DNA of 60,116 nt, from positions 1 to 60,116 of IMG/VR virus record IMGVR_UViG_3300031974_004257; one strand, given 5' to 3'. Positions 49,325 through 57,700 of the stretch are shown here, in pieces. The DNA is from a virus (Duplodnaviria; Caudoviricetes). The translations under genes were made by a program, and so were the position numbers. The notes below the pieces were generated by a model that did not search any database, had not been told where the DNA came from, and saw nothing but the letters and a program-made list of their open reading frames with translations. Each line of letters begins with the position of its first letter. Position 1 is the stretch's first letter.

Positions 49325-50580
49325 AGTTGAACCGCCTTAATATTTTTATAGTTTTTTCGTGTATCCCAAGATCCACATTCCTCATTTATTCTAAGCATAA
49401 AGTTGACCCATTGGGAATTAAATTTTTCAAAGTTGTAGTTTTCTTCAACATGTTTCCTCCCAGCAGCACCGAGTTTTTCTCGTTGTTCAGGAGTTGCTTC
49501 ATACATTCGCAAAAGTGCTTCATGGAAAGATTCTTTAGAAATTCTATCTTCATAGATAAAAGGAACTTGCTGTGAACCAATAACTGCCTTTGAGGCTGGG
49601 GCGATGCCGATTCCAAACATGTTTTCACCGTCAGTGACTTGTTCTTGGAGTCCGCCTGTCATATTAACAATAATGGGCGTTCCGCAAGAGAGAGATTCCA
49701 GCGTTGCCAAGCCAAAACCTTCGGCATCCGAAATGTTAATTGTACAATCAGCAACGTTATACAAGAAACTCAACTGCTCAGCGGGAAGTTTTTGCGTGGA
49801 TATAATCAATTCACCATCCTTGAAGCCGAAAGATTTTGCCAAATAATGTAGGGGTTGTCCATGAGGATCGTTAGGATCAGTATGCATAAAGAGACAAACC
49901 TTATCTCTATCAACTTCTTCCAGGTCCAAAAATTCTCTAAACCAATGAACCAGACTGCCAGTTTGTTTGCGGCGAGCGTTTCGATTATTCCAAAAGAAAA
50001 TAAACCGATCTTTAAGAGCCGGATTGATATCATACAAACTCTTTAATTCTTCAGCCGGTCTTTTTTTGAATATAGAGGAATCAACCGCATGAGGAATATA
50101 CTCTTCCGTCACGGTAGGTGCGACAGTCTGGACAATATCGCTAGTAACTTTTGAGATACTAGCAATCGCATCATTAGCCTCATAAAACTTTCGATTAAAA
50201 ATAGGGTATGGATAATTATCCCATACATGATAATATACCATAGGCACATTCTCCCTGATATTATCATCAATAGCCCATAGCCACTCATAAAATCGAGGGT
50301 CTGTCATAAAGTAGAGAATGTCTGGCTTTCTGTCATTAATAAAAGCATTAACCAAGGCGGCATTGCCGTAGCCATCAACTGGGAAGATTTCCCAGTCTTC
50401 TCCGTATGGCTCTACAGTTTTGGGCGTGTAATCTTGATGTTTTACTGCTCCCCCAAGGGAGATAACCTTAAACTTTCCACTGCGAAGAAGTGCTTCAATA
50501 ACATACTTTGTCTGAGTGGCGACCCCCGACGGCAACAATGGGTGGTCACTTATGGTTAGAACTGTTAGCTTTTTGTCCAA
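49321..50580 (-). CDS. GT4-like glycosyltransferase
   Basis: 419 aa, TTG start after SD GAGG. SDHP...SGV, IPHAVD, NRNARRK and AEGFGLATLESLSCGTP (EX7E). Confidence 0.85.
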   Translation of the reverse strand: MDKKLTVLTISDHPLLPSGVATQTKYVIEALLRSGKFKVISLGGAVKHQDYTPKTVEPYGEDWEIFPVDGYGNAALVNAFINDRKPDILYFMTDPRFYEWLWAIDDNIRENVPMVYYHVWDNYPYPIFNRKFYEANDAIASISKVTSDIVQTVAPTVTEEYIPHAVDSSIFKKRPAEELKSLYDINPALKDRFIFFWNNRNARRKQTGSLVHWFREFLDLEEVDRDKVCLFMHTDPNDPHGQPLHYLAKSFGFKDGELIISTQKLPAEQLSFLYNVADCTINISDAEGFGLATLESLSCGTPIIVNMTGGLQEQVTDGENMFGIGIAPASKAVIGSQQVPFIYEDRISKESFHEALLRMYEATPEQREKLGAAGRKHVEENYNFEKFNSQWVNFMLRINEECGSWDTRKNYKNIKAVQL

Positions 50581-50590
50581 TTTATATTCC

Positions 50591-51430
50591 TCATTGACAG
50601 TACTCTGTTTTATAAAATTCGCACGTCCCTGGACGATGCTTACAGCTAGTACATGAATTTCTATTTTTAATATATCTCTCTTTGGTTATATTGTAAAGAG
50701 CAGTTGTTAAAGATTTTAATGCGTCTGTGGTTCTTTTTTTGGCTGCGGTCACTCTCACAAACTCAACTTTGTTTCCAGGTTTCGCTGTCCTTTTGAGCAA
50801 AACAAAGTGACACTCAACATCCTTAGGGTCAACTTCATATTTTTGAGAATAAAAATGCTTATATAATACAAGCTGGTATGCCATGATTTTATCATTCTTT
50901 TTCTCACGTCGCCAGCCCCAAGAGCAAGTCTTCCAATCAATCAGGTGAACTTTTTCATCTTTTTTGGAATAAACTACAAGGTCAATAAATCCTTTAAATT
51001 TTTTATCTGCTTCCGTGAATTCTGTGATGGGCTCGTATAAAAATTCTTCAGCAGCTAGAACGTGCCAATCTTCGCCAAGCTTCCCAAATTTTTCTACCAA
51101 TGAGCGGTAAAGATCGGGAATAATTTCAATGCCATGAGACATCCACAAAGGCAGATCAAACTCATTAGCCGCTCTCTGTTGTTCTTCAGCCGGCAGGGCT
51201 TTGAGTTCTTTTACAAACTGCTCCTTAAGCAGGGTAGTGATCTTTTCCTGAGACCTATACTGCTCAGTCTTTGTGAGAGTTTCCTCACATAGGGTATGTA
51301 AAGCCTTTCCAAAAGCAGTGTAAATATTTCCTTCAAACTGCTTGACTTTATCAATGTAGGTAAGTTTGTGGTAGTGTGGGCAAATAACCCAATTCTTCCA
51401 CTCCGAATAGGAGATGTGTTTTCCAGCCAA
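50591..51430 (-). CDS. PD-(D/E)XK exonuclease (Cas4/RecB-like)
   Basis: 279 aa, TTG start. SYS...CP, FGKALH, KGFIDL, IDWKT, QLVLY and a C-terminal Cys cluster (C..C...C...C). Confidence 0.82.
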   Translation of the reverse strand: MAGKHISYSEWKNWVICPHYHKLTYIDKVKQFEGNIYTAFGKALHTLCEETLTKTEQYRSQEKITTLLKEQFVKELKALPAEEQQRAANEFDLPLWMSHGIEIIPDLYRSLVEKFGKLGEDWHVLAAEEFLYEPITEFTEADKKFKGFIDLVVYSKKDEKVHLIDWKTCSWGWRREKKNDKIMAYQLVLYKHFYSQKYEVDPKDVECHFVLLKRTAKPGNKVEFVRVTAAKKRTTDALKSLTTALYNITKERYIKNRNSCTSCKHRPGTCEFYKTEYCQ

Positions 51431-51445
51431 TGTATAACCACTTTC

Positions 51446-52105
51446 TTAGTTGTTAACAAGTTCGTCAATCTTGTTATATAGTTCCGGGCTAATTTTCTTT
51501 AATTTTTGTTTGCTGCCTAAAAAATACTCTTCAAAGCCAGTACCAAAATACTCTCGAAGAGATACCGAAGCGTATGGTCTTACAAACATACCAGCAGTCA
51601 TCATCTTTAGTAAATTCGGACCAACACGTTTATATAGAAAATTGTCTAAGTCAAGACTGTATTTAAGATTATCAAAGTCATACTCTTGAGTCCAATAACC
51701 CTCTGAACGTAGTTCAAATTCAAGTTCTGCTCGTTTTTTTAGGAATTCTTTCTTAATCTTTTGATCCCCATAAATTTCTTCAGGATACAACTCTTCGATA
51801 TGATGAGCAAATTCATGTACTATATCATCAATTAGATCAGGGGCATTATCTTGCCGGTGTGTAATATAAAAAACGCCATCTTTATACAACGCATTAGCTG
51901 AACGTTTATCGAATATCTCTTGATGTCCAATTTCTACACCTTTCAATCCTCGGAAAAATTTATTAGGTATCAATTGTTCAATAGATTTAAACACTGCCTG
52001 AGGGTCTATGTTGTCTGGTAACTCATCCCGCTGAAATACTGGCACGCTACCAAACTTAAAATGACGAGTAGTATCTTTTACTTTCTCTAGGATGTACTCT
52101 CTCAC
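51446..52105 (-). CDS. Putative zinc metalloprotease (HEXXH, gluzincin-like)
   Basis: 219 aa, GTG start. VHEFAH followed by YA...REYF..GFE.YF...LK..SP.LY, the pattern seen in anthrax-LF/MtfA-like zincins. Confidence 0.65.
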   Translation of the reverse strand: MREYILEKVKDTTRHFKFGSVPVFQRDELPDNIDPQAVFKSIEQLIPNKFFRGLKGVEIGHQEIFDKRSANALYKDGVFYITHRQDNAPDLIDDIVHEFAHHIEELYPEEIYGDQKIKKEFLKKRAELEFELRSEGYWTQEYDFDNLKYSLDLDNFLYKRVGPNLLKMMTAGMFVRPYASVSLREYFGTGFEEYFLGSKQKLKKISPELYNKIDELVNN

Positions 52106-53406
52106 AATATCTCCGAAGCCAATGTTGCTAGTTCCGATCTTTCACCTTTGGTCAAAGTTATGTGACCAGAAATATCATAGTTTTTAAACTTTTCAACAGC
52201 ATGTGTCAAACCATTAGATACTGAATCAACATAGGAGTTATCAATCTGTTGAATATCTCCTGTCAAGACTAGTTTTGTGCCATGTCCGACTCTTGTTATT
52301 ATAGTCTTTAATTCGTGCGCTGTTAAGTTTTGAGCTTCATCAACAATCATAAAGGCATTTGCTATTGACCTTCCTCTTATATAGGTCATGGCTTCAATTT
52401 CAATAGTTCCTTGCTCTATCTGTAGATCTAAAGCAGTTCTATCTCCAAACAAGTGCTCTAGATTATCTCTAATGGGAGCAATCCATGGCATCATCTTTTC
52501 CTCTAAAGTCCCAGGAAGAAAACCAATATCACGACCCATGGGCTGAACGGGTCTTGTGATAATTAATTTATCATACCCTCCATTAGCTTTTGTAGTGTTC
52601 ATTACTTGTTCCAAAGCGCAAGCAGTAGCTAACAATGTTTTACCAGTTCCCGCTGGTCCCGTCAAGGACATTATATGAATATTTTGATCAAACAATAAAT
52701 CCATAGCATATTGTTGCTCTTTGTTTCTAGCGGACATCCCCCAAATATTCTTGTACTTGTTCACTTTCTTAAGTGGCTGTCCCTCGCCCATATATCGACA
52801 AATAGCTGATTTATTTACTGAATCATCCTTTAAAAGAAGAAACTGGTTTGGGTAAAGCTTTTTCTTATACCCTTCTAAAACAAAAGGTTCGCCAGTGTAA
52901 AATCGATCAATAACACCATACTCGGTTTCTATTTCTTGTGTTCCTGTGAACAAATTCTCGACTGAGTTGATTGCTTTTTGTGCTTGATAGTCATAGCACT
53001 CTATTCCATGAGCATCACATTTGACACGCATATTTAGATCACGAGAAACAACGGCTATATTATGCCCCTTTTCCTTTAATCTTAGAGCGATCGCAATAAT
53101 TTTATTATCAGAGTCATCTTCTTGCATTCCTGGTGGCAGAAAAGACGCATCATAATGAGCAGCAAAAATTTTCCCTTTACCTCTACCCAGAGCAACCCCA
53201 TCCATGAGACTACCTTTTGATCTCAAAGAATCTAAGACTCTGTTCATTGTACGAGCGTTAAGACCAGCAGTATCTTGGCGGTGCTTGTGTTTATCTATCT
53301 CGTCCAGCACGATTGTTGGAATAGCAATATTGTGTTTACCAAAAGCTAAAATAGAACCTGCTTCTGTAAGATACACATTAGTATCTAAAATTATGGTTTT
53401 TTTCAT
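52102..53406 (-). CDS. phoH: PIN-PhoH protein (PhoH2/YlaK type)
   Basis: 434 aa. N-terminal PIN domain (LDTNV, VLDEID, DNKI, SRDLNMRVK) and PhoH ATPase (GPAGTGKT, GFLPG, RGRS, DEAQN, TR, GDIQQID). Confidence 0.93.
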   Translation of the reverse strand: MKKTIILDTNVYLTEAGSILAFGKHNIAIPTIVLDEIDKHKHRQDTAGLNARTMNRVLDSLRSKGSLMDGVALGRGKGKIFAAHYDASFLPPGMQEDDSDNKIIAIALRLKEKGHNIAVVSRDLNMRVKCDAHGIECYDYQAQKAINSVENLFTGTQEIETEYGVIDRFYTGEPFVLEGYKKKLYPNQFLLLKDDSVNKSAICRYMGEGQPLKKVNKYKNIWGMSARNKEQQYAMDLLFDQNIHIMSLTGPAGTGKTLLATACALEQVMNTTKANGGYDKLIITRPVQPMGRDIGFLPGTLEEKMMPWIAPIRDNLEHLFGDRTALDLQIEQGTIEIEAMTYIRGRSIANAFMIVDEAQNLTAHELKTIITRVGHGTKLVLTGDIQQIDNSYVDSVSNGLTHAVEKFKNYDISGHITLTKGERSELATLASEIL

Positions 53407-53464
53407 ACATTCCCTAAAAAAGTGGGTTTATATAATTAGTTTCATCCTAATACTTAAAGATAAT

Positions 53465-53486
53465 AAAAAAGCCGCCCGAAGGCGGC
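53465..53486 (-). terminator. Intrinsic terminator directly after the tmRNA CCA
   Basis: Minus strand GCCGCC-TTCG-GGCGGC-TTTTTT: perfect 6-bp GC stem, cUUCGg tetraloop and U6 tail. Confidence 0.92.
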
Positions 53487-53810
53487 TGGTGGAGGTAGGG
53501 AGAATTGAACTCCCGTCTTGTCTAGTTCCACAGAGAGGTCGTTCACAAGGTTAGGTCTGTTTTTTTCGTCAGACAGCCCACATGACTAGATCATCTTATT
53601 ATGGCTGAGATAATCAAAAGCACTTAGAAGACAAAATACGGCTTTCTGTTTTTTGGCTGCCGTCGCCTCAAGTCAAGTCAGGTTATTAAGCTGCTTGTGC
53701 TAGTTGAAAATCGTCGTTTGCGATTATATTTGTAAGCGTTTTTAGTGAGCCACGCTTCCCTCACCCTTGCACCTTTTCTATTTTCCTATCAATCGATTCC
53801 GGTTACCCCC
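53487..53810 (-). ncRNA. ssrA: tmRNA (324 nt), tag peptide ANDDFQLAQAA
   Basis: 5' GGGGGTA pairs with 3' TACCTCC-ACCA including the G3:U alanine identity pair. T-arm GGGAG-TTCAATT-CTCCC. PK1 stems GTGAG/CTCAC and AGCGT/ACGCT. ATAATC precedes the resume codon; the tag ORF is GCA AAC GAC GAT TTT CAA CTA GCA CAA GCA GCT TAA TAA at 53721-53683. Confidence 0.96.
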
Positions 53811-53819
53811 TCTAGAATA

Positions 53820-53848
53820 TTTATACACCATATAATCTAACTTGTCAA
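53820..53848 (-). promoter_or_regulatory. Sigma70-type promoter of the tmRNA
   Basis: Minus strand TTGACA (53848-53843), 17-nt spacer, TATAAA (53825-53820), ending 9 nt before the mature tmRNA 5' end. Confidence 0.8.
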
Positions 53849-53955
53849 ATTATTTACCCTTCTATATATGCTAGCAAGCTATCAAGCTCTAATAAAGCTA
53901 GAAAAAGTAAGAAAAGTAGAAAAGAGTTTTTTTCGTTGTTTAACAGCTTGCAGCT

Positions 53956-53983
53956 ATTATAACGAACCCTAACAAAGCGTTAA
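53956..53983 (-). promoter_or_regulatory. Possible second upstream sigma70-type promoter
   Basis: Minus strand TTAACG, 16-nt spacer, perfect TATAAT (53961-53956). Confidence 0.4.
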
Positions 53984-53995
53984 GGGTAAAAATGA

Positions 53996-54772
53996 TTAAA
54001 GATCTAATTCCATATCAACCCCTTTTTCGGTATCATCCGTAGGGTCTTCTTTTTCTTGTTCATATTCTGGAGTTGAAACGGGAGATAGCTCATTCTGAAG
54101 CTCATCTTCAAACTTATCAAAGTAAAGAAGCATATTAGTAATCAAGTAGTCGTAGAAAACATCCTTATCTTCCTCGTCGGCTAGCATGTCGTAAGCATCT
54201 ACAATTTGTTTTTCTACTCTTTTAAAAGATGCTTGAGCAAAATTACGACCTGTTTCATTTTGATCTTCAAGTTCAATGAAATCATCATCGTCTGAATCGC
54301 CATCACCGTCAATGTCAATAAACTCACCCTCAATTGATTGTGCCTCTTTGCCATCGTCTTGTGGATCAAGATCAATAGAAATCTTCTCTAGAAGAGTATC
54401 AGCATCGATTTCATACTCTATATTTTCTGTCTTTCTTTCACCCTGTGTATTAGCTTCAATAGGTCTTAAAGAATTTTCTATAGCATGAACAATATGGTTT
54501 TTAAAAGATTCTCTTTGTTCCTCTGAGGAAGTCAACATCTTGTAATCATCTTCAACTGTTGGAATAATATTTTGTAATAGATTAGCTAGGACATTAATAC
54601 CAGTGCTTCGGCTGGCTTCTTCTGTACCTGTCTCAGCTTCAATTAATTGACGAACTACTTTTCTTATTCTGTCCTCAGCAAGCCTCTGCTGGTCTAGCTT
54701 TAAAGCTATTCTTTTACGGACATGTTCCCTGATAAGTTCTTCAGCGATGAGTTGTTCTCTATCAATAGTCAT
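53996..54772 (-). CDS. Acidic hypothetical protein (possible head/scaffold-associated)
   Basis: Start revised to MTIDREQLIAEE (54772, 258 aa) to avoid overlap with the upstream gene. Very D/E-rich, with an internal repeat STGINVLA / ETGRNFAQ. Confidence 0.7.
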   Translation of the reverse strand: MTIDREQLIAEELIREHVRKRIALKLDQQRLAEDRIRKVVRQLIEAETGTEEASRSTGINVLANLLQNIIPTVEDDYKMLTSSEEQRESFKNHIVHAIENSLRPIEANTQGERKTENIEYEIDADTLLEKISIDLDPQDDGKEAQSIEGEFIDIDGDGDSDDDDFIELEDQNETGRNFAQASFKRVEKQIVDAYDMLADEEDKDVFYDYLITNMLLYFDKFEDELQNELSPVSTPEYEQEKEDPTDDTEKGVDMELDL

Positions 54773-54782
54773 AGTATTATAA

Positions 54783-57700
54783 TTATCTCCGTCTTTGACG
54801 TTTTGCTCTTCTAACTTTTGGGCGGCTAGTTTTTGAGCGTTTTTTATAAGGATCGTAAGTGTTAGGAGGTCCAAAACCAATAGCACCTCCACCAGATACA
54901 TCACCCGCAGCCATGGTAGATATTTCATCTATGGAATCATCGATAAAAGAATTCAACCTTCTGGAGGGCGACACTAAAGAGTCCCAAAGAGCGTCACCAT
55001 CTATTGAGGGAGGGGTATAAGATAGGAATGTTTCCTTATCTCCATCAGCAATAGCTTTTCTCATGTCACGGGCACTATAAACAATGCCATCTTTAGATTG
55101 GACAGGGTCTTCAACGATATCCTCTACATTTACACCGGGGTTATGACGCTCAGCATACGATTGCGCACGGTCAAAGCGAGTATCCCCCACATCCTTACTA
55201 CTCTTAACTAAAAGAACCGTATCTCCATCAGAGGCTGACTCGGGATCAGCAACAAATTCATAGACTGCCTGAACTGGACTACGATAGTCAGCGATCTTAG
55301 CAGTGATGTTTGGTTCACCGTTTTCAAGGTATTCTTCCCATATGCGCAAACTTTGCGCATTGCTTACTTCTGGGTAATCAACGGGAGAAATTAAAACAAT
55401 CACCTCATCAACATCAGGGCGCTTAGCAATCTTATTCACATAATCGAAGTGACCACGATGTGGCGGCTTAAACTTACCAGGGAATAGAGCTATACGCTTA
55501 CCTTCTTTTTCAGTAATGACTTGAGTGGTGTTATTTAATGATTCGTTTCTTTGGGCTGGGGCTTCACGATCTTGTGAAACTTGCTGTGTCATTTCTTTTG
55601 CGATAATCTCAGAATCTTTAATAGCTTTAGTACCAGCATCTATAGCCTGACTTCTGTCACCATAAGTAAAATAATTGTCTATATTATCAGACAAATCTTT
55701 TGTAGATTGAAAAATGTCTTCAACAGATTTACTCAGAGCGTCCATATGTTGTGAAGCTATTTTAATAATTCTGTCGGGTGAAATTGGTAGTGTTCCAAGT
55801 TCTTTGTAAAAGGAAAGTTTAGTATTGAACTTAGGAAGTTGCGCAGCACTTATAACCCATTGCTTACCACCAGTCTTAGATTCAGTTAATAAATATTGTT
55901 CCATCATTTTCCTGTTTTCTTCAACAGTTATGATTCGTTTTCCTTCTTCCTGAGTAACTATTTGATCGCCTTGTGACGCCATGGCTGCTTCATCTTCTTC
56001 TCTTCGCTTAAGATCAGCCTGAGCTTTAGCTAAATCTTTCTCTCTTTGAACAGCATTATACCCATTAGTCATTTGGTAAATAGCGTATTTTTCTTCCCAG
56101 GTTTTTTTCCTTTTTAAATTCCATAAAGTTGTGGATGCTGGTTTGGTTCCAATACCAAAAAGTTCGTCTTGAGCTTTTTGACCACGACCTGCGGTTAAAA
56201 GTTCAAATACATTGTCTCTTGTAATTTTAAATTGTTCTATCGCAATTTCGTCGCCCAATTTCCGAGTGACAATATACATCATACCATCAGGAAATTCGTT
56301 TAGTGAATCAATTAGATTAGTATAACTTCCATGGATACCACCCTTTTTTCTTAGCAATTTAAGACTTACTGGTACTTCATATTCTGCTCCGATATCAGAA
56401 AAAGCAATCAAATCTTGAATAGGTAAATTACCTTTAGCACTCACTTCAGCTTCTTGTTTACCGCCAAGAAGCGCAGCTAAAAATCCTTCAAATACAAAAC
56501 CTGAAGCAGAAGCAGAAAAACTTCTAATAACAGCACTCAAAGATTCTAACATAATAAGAGTACTGATAATACGACGAGGAGATGTCATCTTAATATCTTC
56601 AGAAACTCTTCTTTTTAAATCGGCTAGCCGAGCTTCTATATTTGCTCCCCCAGAAACAGTAGCAAAAATCTTTTGTATCTGTTTTCTTTCCATGGAATCT
56701 GGATCACCCCACTTTTCAGTAGGTGTAAATTTTGGAAGCGATAGAACAAATTTTGTAGCTCTATCTGCCTTAATATTATTTTCTTTCTCTGTTATGATTG
56801 GTTTGTCAGCAACTAGAGATTCTTTTGTACTTCTTTTTAGGTTCCCGTAGCGGAACATCCCAAGTATCTGATTTAGCGGAGCAAAGTTGCCCGCAAACTT
56901 GTATGTATGTCCATTATAATCAAAGACCACCGCCTCAACTGGAGTAGTAATTGTAGAGAAGTCCTTTATTTTATTGAGATGTCGCTGCATAATCGCCATG
57001 GCTTCAGGATTCTCAGAACCAACGGCTGTAATTTCCTTGACAGCATTAGCTAATTCAGACTTAAGTCGCATGACTTCTTTGTCATTGTCGGCTATGAAGA
57101 TGCTTTTAAGCCCCTTAAGAAGCTCTACTGTAAAATCGTGAATTGCGTTCTCTAGTGGCTCAACAGCTTGTTGTAATAAGGACTTTTTAGCGGAGATGAT
57201 AGAATTTAGGTCGCCTAGGTCTTCGGGACTTAAACCTTTCTTTAGGGCTCTTAGCCCTATATTGCCTGGCAACTTAAGAAGATAGTTTACTATTTCCTCT
57301 TTGAGGTCAGTAGAAATTTCGGAGTCTATACCGTTCATCAATCTTTTAAACGTGTAGTCTAAAACAGTTGAATCATTGTTTAGTCCTTCTTTTCTCATTT
57401 CGTCGTGTATGCGGGTCATGACTCTGTTAAGAGCATTTCCATCATCTTCAATTTTTTTGATATCAATTAATGCTTGGCGAGCCAAATTAAAATCATCATC
57501 ATGGAGTTGTGCCTCCATCCTCTCTAAGGCATTATCTAATGTTCTTAAAGTTCCTTTAGGGATAGGAGACTGTTCTCCTGTGTTTCGATCAAAAACGAAG
57601 TGACCAACATCGTGGATTTTTAGTGTCTTGTCGTCATATAAGATAACGTTAGCGTTACCTGGGTCCATGACCTCGGCATTATACCAGATGTTCGTATTGG

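Noticed and set aside
34089-50580. Host capsule/O-antigen locus or eukaryotic giant-virus origin
   Set aside because: There are no export or polymerase membrane proteins, and the island is coupled to phage genes on both sides. SD sites, tmRNA, sigma factor and gp25/gp6 indicate a bacteriophage.
50591-51430. CRISPR-Cas locus suggested by the Cas4-like nuclease
   Set aside because: No repeat-spacer array or other cas genes were seen. Solo Cas4-like nucleases are common in phages.
53487-53520. tRNA gene or prophage attachment site suggested by the T-arm and CCA
   Set aside because: The arm pairs with a 5' end 324 nt away around a tag ORF, so it is a tmRNA. No duplicate of this 3' end and no integrase were seen, and phage-type genes lie on both sides.
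53204-53554. 116-aa plus-strand ORF across the phoH start, terminator and tmRNA end
   Set aside because: It is antisense to three well-supported features; VEVGRIEL is simply the reverse reading of the tmRNA T-arm.
54773-54928. 52-aa N-terminal extension of the 53996 ORF
   Set aside because: It overlaps the 3' end of the 1085-aa gene by 146 nt. ATG 54772 just after that stop is more plausible.
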